Assembly: GCA_965261545.1 (NCBI GenBank)
Contig: CBDHDF010000002.1
Coordinates: 384,001-448,000, forward strand
Source of the DNA: Bdellovibrionales bacterium
Lineage (GTDB): Bacteria > Bdellovibrionota > Bdellovibrionia > Bdellovibrionales > UBA1609
Reading direction: 5' to 3'
Length of the DNA: 64,000 nucleotides
In this document: positions 31,067 through 41,643 of the stretch, one piece after another
Layout of the letters: each line of letters begins with the position of its first letter
Numbering within the stretch: the first letter of the stretch is position 1
Made by a program: the position numbers and the translations under genes
Notes under the pieces: generated by a model
What the model was told of the DNA's origin: nothing
The model's input: the letters and a program-made list of their open reading frames with translations, nothing else
The model's database searches: none

Positions 31067-32701
31067 ATGAGCCAAGAAGATCTTTTCAAAGTTGTTCCAA
31101 AGACTCGATTTGACTTGATAAAAAAAGGTGAAGTTGTTTACCTTTTCCAAGAAGCCGAGCACACCATCCGCAAGCTGCAAAAAGAGATCAAAGACTTAAG
31201 AAATCTCCATGGAGAACTGAAGCAAAAAACTTTCTTGGTGGATGAGCAATATATTCTTTTAAAGAACAAGCTTTTTGGCAAAAGCTCAGAAAAGGAATCT
31301 CCAGATAATAAGAAAGATTCATCCCACCCAGCTTCGTTTCAAAATTCTACTTCTGACAAGGATGAAAAAAGAAAAAAGCGTATCCAGCTCCCCTCGGAAA
31401 GATATCCCAATGCCCCCGTTGTTGAACAAGAGGTGGAGCTTCAAGAACCTCCCAAATGCACTTGCTGTGGGGCCGAGATGAAGGACTCAGGTCTTACGGA
31501 AGCCAGTGAGTACCTCACCGTGGTTCCTGCCAAATATCTTATTATTAGACAAAAACGCCACAAATATAACTGTGGCCGTTGTCACGGGAGTCTTAAAACC
31601 GCTCCTACCCCCCCTCGAATCAAACCAAAGAGTTCTTACAGCGATGAAATGATGTTGGATGTGTCTTTGACCAAATACTGTGACCTCATTCCCATAGAGC
31701 GCTATGGGGCCATAGCTGGAAGAGCTGGGCTCGAAGGCTTACCTCCCCAAAGTCTCATAGAGTTGACCCACCATGTGGCCGACTTTACAAAAGGAGCTTA
31801 CGATAAGCTCAAAGAAGAGATTCAAAGCAGCCAGGTTCTTCATGCCGATGAAACCCCTCACAAAATGCTTGAGAGAAATGGGGGGAAGAGTTGGTATTTA
31901 TGGGGATTTTCCAATACAAAGACGAGTTATTTTGAAATACACAACACTCGCTCTGGGGATGTGTCTTCAAAGATGATAAAGAACTCCAAGTGTGAATATT
32001 TGGTCAGTGATGTTTTTTCTGGCTACAGCAAAACAGTGAGAGAAGTGAATCAATACCGGAAAGACAGAGAAAATAAAGAAGAATTTAAGAAACTTTACAA
32101 TGTGTACTGCAATGCCCATGCGAGGAGAAAGTTCAGGGAGGCCGTGGTGGCGAACTTGAACAAAGAGCCAGATCCATCCCAGTGTGCCCAATATTTTGTG
32201 AATATCTATGGAAAGATTTATCGTCTGGCAAAAATAGCCAAGAATGGGGAGCAAGGCTGTGATAAATTCCTGCGTGCTCAAAGGCTTATGCTCTGTCTAT
32301 TTGAGAAGATGAAGGTGCGGGCCATGGAAGATATGGGGGGCTACTCTTCCAAAAGCTCTATGGGCAAGGCCATGGGATATCTTCTCAGAAACTATAAAGG
32401 CTTGACTTTGTTTGCTCACCACCACGGCTTGCCCATTGACAATAATTGCCAAGAACGACAGCTTCGCAGTCCTGTGGTGGGGCGCAAGACATGGTATGGA
32501 ACGCACTCTAAAAGAGGGGCTGAAACAGCCTCCATATTGTTCTCCTTGGTAGAGTCATGCAAACTCAATCAGGTCAATCCAAGGGAGTATTTCAAAAAAC
32601 TGGTCCAAGATATCCATCAAGGCAAAAATCCATATACACCCTCTCAATACAAGATCTTGTATCCTCCCAACGAAAATAAAGACGATTTATTGCATATGTG
32701 A
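31067..32701 (+). CDS. tnpC: IS66 transposase TnpC
   Basis: LFGKSSEK, Zn finger, HADET, CNAHARRKF, IDNN..ER.LR. Confidence 0.93.
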   Translation: MSQEDLFKVVPKTRFDLIKKGEVVYLFQEAEHTIRKLQKEIKDLRNLHGELKQKTFLVDEQYILLKNKLFGKSSEKESPDNKKDSSHPASFQNSTSDKDEKRKKRIQLPSERYPNAPVVEQEVELQEPPKCTCCGAEMKDSGLTEASEYLTVVPAKYLIIRQKRHKYNCGRCHGSLKTAPTPPRIKPKSSYSDEMMLDVSLTKYCDLIPIERYGAIAGRAGLEGLPPQSLIELTHHVADFTKGAYDKLKEEIQSSQVLHADETPHKMLERNGGKSWYLWGFSNTKTSYFEIHNTRSGDVSSKMIKNSKCEYLVSDVFSGYSKTVREVNQYRKDRENKEEFKKLYNVYCNAHARRKFREAVVANLNKEPDPSQCAQYFVNIYGKIYRLAKIAKNGEQGCDKFLRAQRLMLCLFEKMKVRAMEDMGGYSSKSSMGKAMGYLLRNYKGLTLFAHHHGLPIDNNCQERQLRSPVVGRKTWYGTHSKRGAETASILFSLVESCKLNQVNPREYFKKLVQDIHQGKNPYTPSQYKILYPPNENKDDLLHM

Positions 32702-32709
32702 CAAACTTT

Positions 32710-33006
32710 TTATCCATTTGGCTTGACGACTTCCCATACAGCTAGCCTTAAATGCCCCTTAACTTTGTGTGCAACGCCAACAGCATCAAGTAATGCAAGC
32801 CGTTCTAGAGGAATACTATCAATATTTTGGTCGTCTTCAAATTCTAAGTGAATGACCTTTTTGTGAAGAAACTCCTTCATCTCTGGTCGAATATTTTTGT
32901 CAATAGTAACAACCAAAAAATTAAAATGATTGGCCTTTGTCTTCATAGGCCAAAACCCAAGACTTCGAAGTCTGCTCAATTTCTTGTGTAAAATCTCTAA
33001 ATCCAT
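32710..33006 (-). CDS. Inward-facing 98-aa ORF sharing the TnpA N-terminus
   Basis: GAGGAGG RBS and MDLEILHKKLS derive from the long right IR. Confidence 0.45.
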   Translation of the reverse strand: MDLEILHKKLSRLRSLGFWPMKTKANHFNFLVVTIDKNIRPEMKEFLHKKVIHLEFEDDQNIDSIPLERLALLDAVGVAHKVKGHLRLAVWEVVKPNG

Positions 33007-34008
33007 ATTTACCTCCTCGTAAGTGGTTATGGATTCAGTCTATTACACCTTCAAATTATTGAAAGACGGGGTTCCTGGATGATTTACCATAAAAGACCAC
33101 TTAACAAATACTCATATTTTTTATTATTCCGAGAGGAAAGTTTTTTGTTAGCTTCCAATTGGCTGGACGCATCTTGAAAAGTTTTTGAAGAAATTATAGA
33201 TGGAACGGGAATATATATCCAATCCTTTTTATTTCGATTGGAAGAACTTGATTTATGTTTTTTTGGATAAAAATTATTGTCTCTTGCGAACTTGGTTGGA
33301 CGCAACCTTTCTACCTTGATAGTCTTTCTAAAAGCAGCTTGTCCATAATAAGCGGGATTTTTAAGCATACACAAGATAGTTGAACGCCCCCAAATACCTT
33401 GTTGTCTTCTAGTAGGCACCCCCCTTATATTTAATTCCTTTGCAATTGCTCTAATACTTAGTTTGTTTCGGCAATACATTTGAAAAATATTTTTAACAAC
33501 TTTAGACTCTTCTGGATGGATTTCATATCGTGCGTCAGCGGAGTCTGTTTTCAGAATATATATATAACCATAGGGGGCTCCACATAAAACGCTAACAAAG
33601 CCCTTAGAAGCCTTTTGAAGTTTACCCCTTCGACTTCTTTCCATAATTTTTTCTCTTTCATATTCTGAAATGACTCCTTGTATTTGTAGCAAAAGCTGAT
33701 CTTCGGGTGAATTTGTAATATCTCTATTAGAAAAAATAATTTCAACACCTAGCCTCTGAAATTCTTCAATTAGAATCAATTGATGGGCATATTTACGAGC
33801 TAATCTGTCTGGACATAACACAAGTACCTTTGTAACCTCCCCAGAAAAAGCTTTGTCGCGAAGAGAGTCTAAAGCAGGACGAACAAGGGTGGCGCCACTC
33901 ACACCATTATCCATAAATATAAGATCCTCCTCTACACAAAAATTGTGTTCCTTAGCGAAATCGTGAAGACTAGAAATCTGTGAATCAATGGTTCCCTCTT
34001 GAGCTTGT

Positions 34009-34224
34009 TTATCTGAGGACACTCGACAATAAAGAGCTACTGATGTTTCCATTTTTAACCTCCATTATTTTCTGTTGTTTTACTTTCTGCTTTAATTGTT
34101 TCTTTATTTTTGGAACAACAACTTCGTATGTCTGTTGAATCCGTGTGGTTTGGTCGCTTTGATAGACACTTTTTAGCTGAGCTGTCCATGGATTTTGATG
34201 TTTTGTTTGGTGGGCCATTATCAT
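34009..34224 (-). CDS. Small protein upstream of the serine recombinase (probable start 34218)
   Basis: AAGGA RBS; overlaps the recombinase start; ..QQTYEVVVP. Confidence 0.5.
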   Translation of the reverse strand: MIMAHQTKHQNPWTAQLKSVYQSDQTTRIQQTYEVVVPKIKKQLKQKVKQQKIMEVKNGNISSSLLSSVLR

Positions 34225-34377
34225 TCCTTTGACTATGGTTCGAAGCTAAATGGGAAGAATCCTCAGGTGGATGCCAACGATAGTGAGCATATTTACGACC
34301 ACTTGCATAAAGTGAATGATTATATATATTTATGGAAATTTCAATGGAAAAGTTGTCTATTGTGTCCGAGGAGTAAC

Positions 34378-35491
34378 GGGTGCTTACAAAGGGCAACCTG
34401 TCTTGCGGGTAGAAATACCCAAGTCAGACGGGGGCACAAGACCCTTGGGTGTCCTGGCCTTGGAGGACAAGATTGTCCAGAAGGCCGTTGTAGACAGCAT
34501 CCTCTCTCCCATCTACGAGGAACATTTCCTCGGTTATAGCTACGGATTCCGTCCAGGGCGTGGAGCGCATAATGCGTTGGATGCTCTGGCTTACGGAATA
34601 GAGCGTAGAAAGATCAGCTACATATTGGATGCGGATATAAAATCCTACTTCGATAGCGTGGATAGAAAGACTCTAATTCGCTTTCTAAAACACCTCATCG
34701 GAGATGAGAGACTCATTCGTCTCTTTGAAAAGTGGCTCAAGTGCGGAGTGCTATCTCAAGGCGTCTTAGAAGACACAGGGAGAGGGACCGTTCAAGGTTC
34801 AAATATTTCCCCTATCTTCGCCAACATATATTTACATTATGTGTTGGATTTATGGATGCAGAAATGGCGCAAGGACCATGCCACAGGGGACATGATATTT
34901 GTTCGCTACGCCGATGACTTTGTCGTAGGCTTTCAATACAAGGGGGAAGCTGAACGCTTCCTCAATGATCTGAAGCGCAGGCTTAAGGAGTTTTCTCTAG
35001 AAATACATCCGGGGAAAACTCGCCTCATAGAGTTCGGTCGATTTGCAAATGCAAATTGCCGCCGACGAGGTCTTGGTCACTCCGAGACTTTTGATTTCTT
35101 AGGATTCACTCACTTTTGTGTGCGCACGAGGAAAGGAGGCTTTAGGATAGGGCGTAAACCCATATCCAAGAGAGTCTGCCGGACCTTACAGCACCTGAAG
35201 CTGAGTCTGAGAAAACGAGTCTACACGAGGGACCTAGCGGAATGTGCAAAGTGGTTGGGTTTGGTCATCAAAGGCTGGCTCAATTATTTTGCGGTTCCAG
35301 GAAGTACGGTGTACCTACGAAAATTTATTTGCGCAATCAGGAGTGCTTGGATGAAAGCCATCCGACGACGCTCACAGCGTGGACGGAGATTCTCGTGGAA
35401 GAGGTTGGATAGAATGATTCGTCTATTCTGGCCTCGTATATCCATACGCCACCCGTGGCCAACAGATAGGTTCGCTTGCGGTACCACCTGA
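34378..35491 (+). pseudogene. ltrA: Group II intron RT/maturase, 5'-truncated, no endonuclease domain
   Basis: RVEIPK..G.TRPLG, SYGFRPGR, DADIK.YFD, QG.NISP, RYADDF, FDFLGF, HPWP. Confidence 0.9.
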
Positions 35492-35496
35492 AGTAG

Positions 35497-35568
35497 GAGC
35501 CGGATGCTTTAACGAGCACGTCCGGATCTGTGCGGGGGGTGCGTGGCAACACGCATTCCTACCGTAAC
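35497..35568 (+). ncRNA. Group II intron domains V-VI (3' end of the RT-encoding intron)
   Basis: gagccggatgctttaacgagcacgtccggatc; domain VI ending cctaccgtaAC. Confidence 0.88.
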
Positions 35569-35819
35569 CCTTAAGATCACGCATTGATTCTATGAAAAAG
35601 TTTGCCTTGATGCTCAGGAAGCACCAAGAAAATATTCTTTCCTTCATTAAAGATCCTGTCACAAATGCCAAGGCTGAGGGAATCAATCGCCTTCTAAAGA
35701 TCATAAAAAATCGGGCTTCAGGATTTAAGAACCTACAGGGTTTTGAGAATATGATTTACTTGTGTGCTGGGGATTTGGATATTGTTGGAAGTTTCCCCAA
35801 GCGTTTTTGTACATTATAG
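35569..35819 (+). pseudogene. ISL3 transposase C-terminal fragment (3' exon of the intron)
   Basis: TNAKAEGINR.LK.IKNRASGFKN. Confidence 0.75.
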
Positions 35820-35884
35820 TTTTTATTGTCGATCAACATTTCTTTTTCCAATTCACCTCCCCATACTAACTCCGCCAAGATGAG

Positions 35885-36045
35885 TCAGTTATCCACAGAC
35901 TCATCCATGGCGACGCTGCGGCTATGGCCCTCGGGAGCCACAATAAAGCAGCGCTGCTGTGGGTGAGCCCATCTTGTCAGATTACCCTAAATGGCCTGGT
36001 TTGCCCGCCCACAAATGGCCTGGTTTAACCCGCCCATCGGGGTGT
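35885..36045 (+). mobile_element. IS21-like terminal remnant
   Basis: Repeated aaatggcctggttt; homologous to the reverse complement of ~58399-58480. Confidence 0.55.
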
Positions 36046-36189
36046 GGATAACGGCGGCTCTCCACACAAGTGATTTGGTAGCCCTGTCCTCCGTGTTTTT
36101 ATGTACAAATCTTAGGAATAACCTGTACATCCAGTTTTTAGCTATTTCCCTAGGGAATTTGGACTTTAGGCTCCGAGAAACTCGGATAT

Positions 36190-36315
36190 AGCCAAAAAAC
36201 TGGTCCAAGATATCCATCAAGGAAAAAATCCATATACACCCTCTCAATACAAGAGATTGTATCCTTCCAACGAAAATAAAGACGATTTACTGCATATGTG
36301 ACAAACTTTTTATCC
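36190..36315 (+). pseudogene. Diverged fragment of IS66 tnpC 3' end
   Basis: Similar to ~32595-32716. Confidence 0.7.
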
Positions 36316-36618
36316 ATAACCCATAGGTCGAAAAGATATAAATTATTTGAGGAATCATGATAGGTGTATCCTACATTCCGCACAAAAAAGATTAAAAAAG
36401 GGCTCCAATTCAATCCCTCAAAAACATTATAACACGAAGCACTATTCATCAATTATTGGGATATTCATTAATAATCTCATGCTTTCCCCTAATGACACTC
36501 CAAGCAAAACATTTGAAAGCTAATTGAAGTATTGATTACTCTGTTACATACACAACTGGGGTCAAAGTTTTTTCAAAATGGTCTTTCAAGAAAGTCTTAA
36601 AAAAATGATAACTAATTT

Positions 36619-36862
36619 GGGTGTGCTAACGATATACTGTAGATTATATACCCACAGCGTCAATCTGTGCCCTCTTCAATCAGCATTTAGTCATAGGTTG
36701 AGCTCGATACTGTCGGTTTAAGGCCTTAAAATTTTCATCAATCCTTAAGAGTTCAATACAAAGCACTTGTAGAGTCAATCTTGTGGGTAGATTCTTCTTA
36801 AACTGATAGTATTAAGTTAGACTAAAGGAGGGTAATTTCTACAGTATATTGTTAGCACACCC
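36619..36862. mobile_element. 244-bp MITE, copy 2
   Basis: Near-identical to 22348-22592; 8-bp TSD ACTAATTT. Confidence 0.92.
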
Positions 36863-37447
36863 ACTAATTTCCTCCTAACTTACACACTACAGCAGCTCTA
36901 GCCACGGATTCAATGAAAAATATCTGATATTTACGATAAATGTTTTCTCAAGATATCGAAAAAGTCATCAGCAATTTCCACCGAAAAATAGTTTTAGTTT
37001 CTGTAATCTGTTTCAAGCCATTTTCTAAAAAATGACTTTGCAAAGACTAAAGTCCAGAAATCCCTAAAACAAACCTCTACCATTCATAGATTTCTTTTCA
37101 AAGCAAAGCCAGAAAAATCTCGACGGGAATTGTTGAAAAGTTATTGTATAGCTCGATTTGTAATAATATTATTATACCAATGTAGAAACCACAAGCAAGT
37201 GTGATTGGGCGAAGAAGGAAGTTGCGAAGCCCCTTCGTTAGGAAAAGGGGGGCAGAGAAAAAGGTTGCTTTGATTACGCAAAAAAGTATGTCACAGGCAC
37301 CTGGGAAGTGACAAAAAATCTCCTAAGTTATTGAAATTAAAGGAAATTGACTCCAACTTTTTGTGCTTCAAAAGTGCGGAATGTAGGGTGTATGAAATGA
37401 AATAGGCTCCGTGGGTGGCTTTGCTGTCTTTGCCATATTAGAAGATT

Positions 37448-40054
37448 TTAAAACTGATTTCCAAATTCAAAAAGAACGTTGTAGGAAAATTTTGTTTCGT
37501 CGCTATTGGGTGTTTGGTGGAAGGAAAGGGCAATGGCCCAGCAGTTGCCTTCAGGTTTGAGGATGGTTCTTGCATCCCAAGATTGAAGACTTCGATTTTT
37601 AAAAGAGTAGTTAAATCCTCCTTCAAAATTAAAGTACCGAGAGACGAACCCAAAGCCGACTCCACCTGTTTCATTTTGATTGTCGACGGCTTTGTTGTTG
37701 TCTTCGCTGATGATGGGGTCCTTTGAGTAAATGAGTTCGAGAAAGCTGCCCAGTTGACTTTTGAGTCGAAGGCGATTTGAAGTTCTTAGAGCTTTGGCAT
37801 AGGGAAAGTAGGAGTTGCTTCCATGAAATTCAATGTGGTCCAACCTAAGTGTGAGAAGTGAGTCAATTGTGTTGAAGGGTTGGGAATCTTTTGAATTCTT
37901 CTTATGGAAATCATAGGATTGATTGATTTCTAAGGAGGCTACTTCCAAGTAGCTGGGGCCTTCATGGTGATGTTTTTTACGAATAATTTTATTGGTGACC
38001 CCAAAGTGAACCATTTTTTTGAGGAAGAAGTTGTCGTGGTAGTCAAATTGGATTTTGCCGTCCCTGAGAAAGTCCAAATCTGTAAGGGGTTGCATGTTTT
38101 GGGAAAAGGTTTGTGGTGGGGAGTTTCCGAAAAAGGGATGGGGGGAGACCTTGTAAAAAGGGGTGTGTACATAGGATATCTGAGGTTCAACGATATGCTT
38201 ATAAACAGTGGCATTCTTTGAATTTTCTCTCTTAGTTTCATTTTTATCTGATATTTCTGAGTTATCTGATCTCTCTGAGTTTCTTTTAAAGACATTTCTA
38301 AAGGTGCGACTTATTCTTGTTTTCATGGAGAGTTTGGTTTCTAGGTGGTTGTGAGATGTGATTTTTTTATAGGAGGCGGCATTGTCATTGGTAGGGCTAA
38401 AGTGATAAAGCCTGTGGTAATAAGTGGCTGAAGGAACAAGTTCAAACTTATTCTTCAAAAGAATGGGGTAGTTGAAGCTTGGTGTGATGAGAAGCCTTTG
38501 ACCAGTACGAATGAGGTCTGTGGTAGGGTCAAAGGAGCCATCTCTTTGGCTATCCACTCTTCTCGCACTGAGGCTGGTGTTGTTAAAGTCAATATCGCTA
38601 AAGGTCACACTCTTGCCATCGAGACAGGACTCATTGTTGCAAATATTGTCATAGCTCCACCTATTGCGGAGAAAGTGGGTGTATCGAAGGTCGAGGTTAA
38701 ACATGAGTCCACTTTTGAGCAGGTCTTTTTCCATAAGTGAGTAGTGAAGTTCAGGGAGGCGGTGGATGGACTCATTATTTTTAGCCTTGGCATCCTCCTG
38801 GAGAAGATTGATGTGAAAGGCTCCTTCGAGACTCAGAGATTGATCTTCTGTGTTCTTGGTCAAGGAAATGTTGTTTTCTAGAGCGGGTTGAGTGGCTTCA
38901 AGGGAAGTGGTCGTTGGTTTTTTCGTGTCTTGGGCATCAAAGGGGTTGGAGAGAATATCTTCGGGGAAGTCTCTGATATACCTCAAGTCACTGAGGTAGT
39001 TTAAAGAGGTTCTTTGTGTTAGGTGACCAGGCATTTCATAATGGTGATCGTACTCAAGAAAGAATCGTTGTGCCCTTTGCCGTGTTTTGCCAAGGTTGGT
39101 CTTGAGTGAATCATCTTGCTTTTGATTTTCAAAGACTGCATCGTTGAGAAAGCCTCCATTGAATTGGCCGCGGCTCCTTTGGTCTAAGGAGTATCGGAAC
39201 TCAAACAGGCCTTTGATTCCTCGCTTGTCGTAGAGTTGAGTTGAAAGAGTCATGTCTTTATCTGGAGAAAGGACTCGAAAGTAATCAAACTGAATCATAG
39301 AGCCTGAATCAGCTCCTTTTTGAAAGCTGGGGGTAAGAAATCCAGACTGTCTTTTGGCTTTGAGAGGGACAGAAATATAGGGAAGCCAAAGAATGGGAAT
39401 ACGACTGATTTTAAGAACGGGGTTGCGAATTTTGGCCTGCTGTCCAATTTCAGCGTCAATTTGGGTTCCCGTAAAGCTCCATGAAGTGGGGCAGTTGGTA
39501 CATGCGCTGTATTGAGCTTTTTTAATTTTGTAGGTATAGCGTCCCAACTTTTCCACCAGGCGCCCTTCGAAGGCCACTTGCCCCGATTGAATAAAGGCGT
39601 TGTGGAGGGTTCCGGTTCCATTTCCGTAGTTAAGGTCTACTTTGTCAGCTTCCACATAAACTTTTTCGCTTTGAAGGGTGATATGACCTTGAGCAACAAG
39701 TCTCTTCTCCTTGGTGAAAATAGTCGCTTTGTCGGCGGATAAGTAATGAGCGTCAAATATGGCTTTGATATTTCCCTCAAGTCGAAGGGTTTGGGAAGAA
39801 ATTTCTTGTGTCATTTTATTGGCATTTATGGTCAAGCCAGAAAGGGCCACTTGGCTGTGGGCTGTGGGGGAGAAAAGAAAGCACCAAGCGAGATTCTCCA
39901 TAAGAAAAGTCCATATGGGCAATATGGGCAAAGCAAGGAGGCACTGCATGGAGTGACGATTTTTAGGGTGCACATTGCGATTCTGATGATGTTTGCCGTG
40001 ATTTTCAGAGTGTGAAGTGTTGAGAGAGGGGGTATGGGTGGGGAGGAAGATCAA
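37448..40054 (-). CDS. lptD: LPS-assembly protein LptD (start uncertain)
   Basis: OstA-like N-terminus, YSACTNCP..W, RQSGFLTP, beta-barrel, C-terminal NCW. Confidence 0.85.
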   Translation of the reverse strand: MIFLPTHTPSLNTSHSENHGKHHQNRNVHPKNRHSMQCLLALPILPIWTFLMENLAWCFLFSPTAHSQVALSGLTINANKMTQEISSQTLRLEGNIKAIFDAHYLSADKATIFTKEKRLVAQGHITLQSEKVYVEADKVDLNYGNGTGTLHNAFIQSGQVAFEGRLVEKLGRYTYKIKKAQYSACTNCPTSWSFTGTQIDAEIGQQAKIRNPVLKISRIPILWLPYISVPLKAKRQSGFLTPSFQKGADSGSMIQFDYFRVLSPDKDMTLSTQLYDKRGIKGLFEFRYSLDQRSRGQFNGGFLNDAVFENQKQDDSLKTNLGKTRQRAQRFFLEYDHHYEMPGHLTQRTSLNYLSDLRYIRDFPEDILSNPFDAQDTKKPTTTSLEATQPALENNISLTKNTEDQSLSLEGAFHINLLQEDAKAKNNESIHRLPELHYSLMEKDLLKSGLMFNLDLRYTHFLRNRWSYDNICNNESCLDGKSVTFSDIDFNNTSLSARRVDSQRDGSFDPTTDLIRTGQRLLITPSFNYPILLKNKFELVPSATYYHRLYHFSPTNDNAASYKKITSHNHLETKLSMKTRISRTFRNVFKRNSERSDNSEISDKNETKRENSKNATVYKHIVEPQISYVHTPFYKVSPHPFFGNSPPQTFSQNMQPLTDLDFLRDGKIQFDYHDNFFLKKMVHFGVTNKIIRKKHHHEGPSYLEVASLEINQSYDFHKKNSKDSQPFNTIDSLLTLRLDHIEFHGSNSYFPYAKALRTSNRLRLKSQLGSFLELIYSKDPIISEDNNKAVDNQNETGGVGFGFVSRYFNFEGGFNYSFKNRSLQSWDARTILKPEGNCWAIALSFHQTPNSDETKFSYNVLFEFGNQF

Positions 40055-40083
40055 TGCAAGGGCCTCTTTAAAGAGTATTGAAG

Positions 40084-40587
40084 TTAAAGGGTATTGAGGC
40101 TTTTCAATACCTGAATGTGGGTGATGAACCAGCCCAAGTTAAATTTGGAAAACCTAATTTCCATGGGGGATTTTTGAGCGGGTCGCTGGGAAGAGTTGAT
40201 GACCACAGTCCCAGTGACGAGGACAGTAGAGCCTCCTTCCTCACTGGTTTGAAGGTCCGTGAACTTGATGGTCATAAAGCGTACATGTTTTCTTAGGATA
40301 AGTAGTTTTTGCTTGAGGTTCTCATGGGTGGTTATAGGCTTCATTTGGTGGCGGTCAATCATCATATGGATTTCAAATTTGGGAGCGAAGTTCTTACTGA
40401 CTTTGTTGGTGGCTCGCAGGAGCTGGATGGGGTCTTTGTTATGGGTAGAGTGGACGCTGAGGTCCAAGGCTAACTGCTTGGTTTTTTCTAAGGCGATTTC
40501 TATGGGACTTTTGTGAAGGTACAAGTAAATCCCTCCAAGGCCCAGCAGTATAAAAAAAATATAGGGTATCCATTTCTGGTTAAGCAT
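40084..40587 (-). CDS. Hypothetical protein with N-terminal membrane anchor
   Basis: 167-aa ORF, hydrophobic N-terminus. Confidence 0.65.
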   Translation of the reverse strand: MLNQKWIPYIFFILLGLGGIYLYLHKSPIEIALEKTKQLALDLSVHSTHNKDPIQLLRATNKVSKNFAPKFEIHMMIDRHQMKPITTHENLKQKLLILRKHVRFMTIKFTDLQTSEEGGSTVLVTGTVVINSSQRPAQKSPMEIRFSKFNLGWFITHIQVLKSLNTL

Positions 40588-40943
40588 CGTCCTAAGCCTT
40601 TGTCTTAAGCATTGTCATCCAAACTAGACTACAAATGAATGATGAAAAATACACGAAAAAAATGCATCTAGGAAAAATGAACTTAGGTTGTTCCACCGAA
40701 TATTGCCGTTGCCGAGGATTGTTGTTATGGGGGGGGGAGGTGTACCGTGGGGTTATTGCCACCGGGAGGTGACGCTGTGACTAAGGTTTGACATCGTTGA
40801 AAGTATGAGGTCACATAGGGGTTCATAGGGTTGGGGGATGGGAGTCATAGGGCGTGCCGTCGCATGAGGTTATAGTAGGAGCTATAAGAGTAGAAATTAT
40901 AAAGAAAAGGCTATGGGGCTAGAGGTCATAGAGGAGTTGATAG

Positions 40944-41636
40944 ATGGGCGATTTTAATCTCATGGGGGCTGTGGCTAAGGCGGCTATTTTATTCCCCCCC
41001 TTTTTATTGGCCCTATGTTGTCATGAGTTTGCCCACGGTTGGGAAGCGCGGCGGCGAGGGGATAGGACCGCAGAAATGATGGGGCGGTTGACTCTTAATC
41101 CCATGGCTCACATGGATATTATTGGCACTGTTATTTTACCTTTGATGGGCTTTATGGGAGGACTTCCCTTTGTGTTTGGCTGGGCCAAGCCTGTGCCTGT
41201 GAACTCCAGAAATTTGGATCATGTGGTTAAAGATATGTTTTGGATAGCTGCGGCAGGGCCTCTTTCCAATGTGCTTCTCGCTGTGATCAGTAGTATTTTT
41301 CTGATTGTTTTAAGTGGAATAGGAGTGCCCAAGCAGGTTATGATGATGCTTCTTACTTTTGGGATGGTCAACATTATCCTAGCTGTGTTTAATATGATTC
41401 CTCTTCACCCCTTGGATGGGGGCAAGGTTCTGGCTCGCTTTCTACCTGCCAGTTGGAATGAGTTTTTGGAGGCTCACCAAGGGGCCAATATGTTTATACT
41501 TTTGGGTCTTATGCTGACGGGAGTTCTCGCTTTTATTATCAACCTTGTTTCCAGACCTTACTTATATTTATTGTTGGACTCTGGGGTTGATGTCAACAGC
41601 CTTCTTTATGAAATTAGGCACCTCGGCCAGGGGTGA
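40944..41636 (+). CDS. Site-2 protease (M50) family protein
   Basis: HEFAH, GWAKPVPV, AAAGP, NMIPLHPLDG. Confidence 0.93.
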   Translation: MGDFNLMGAVAKAAILFPPFLLALCCHEFAHGWEARRRGDRTAEMMGRLTLNPMAHMDIIGTVILPLMGFMGGLPFVFGWAKPVPVNSRNLDHVVKDMFWIAAAGPLSNVLLAVISSIFLIVLSGIGVPKQVMMMLLTFGMVNIILAVFNMIPLHPLDGGKVLARFLPASWNEFLEAHQGANMFILLGLMLTGVLAFIINLVSRPYLYLLLDSGVDVNSLLYEIRHLGQG

Positions 41637-41643
41637 TGGAGGG

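Larger units (their letters stand above)
30166..33087 (+). mobile_element. IS66-family element with unusually long (~120 bp) IRs
   Basis: GTAA...TTAC ends; 8-bp TSD CATAAAAG. Confidence 0.92.
25442..34052 (-). pseudogene. Large serine recombinase in three pieces (34052-33088, 30157-30097, 26030-25442) with an internal TGA
   Basis: YCRVSS, DRLAR, APYGY; rejoined LLSGLL*CKECG..YYRC Zn ribbon; C-terminal coiled coil. Confidence 0.85.
25442..34375 (-). mobile_element. Large-serine-recombinase element with 17-bp terminal IRs, disrupted by IS66 and IS1634-B/ISNCY
   Basis: tactccccggacacaat / attgtgtccgaggagta, each flanked by AC. Confidence 0.7.

Noticed and set aside
34316..34377. N-terminus of the 391-aa RT ORF as native
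   Set aside because: It derives from the LSR element end; native RT sequence starts at about 34378.
1..35491. Diversity-generating retroelement acting on the array
   Set aside because: The RT is a group II intron type with domains V/VI; array variation is module number plus shared SNPs, not adenine-specific TR/VR mutagenesis.
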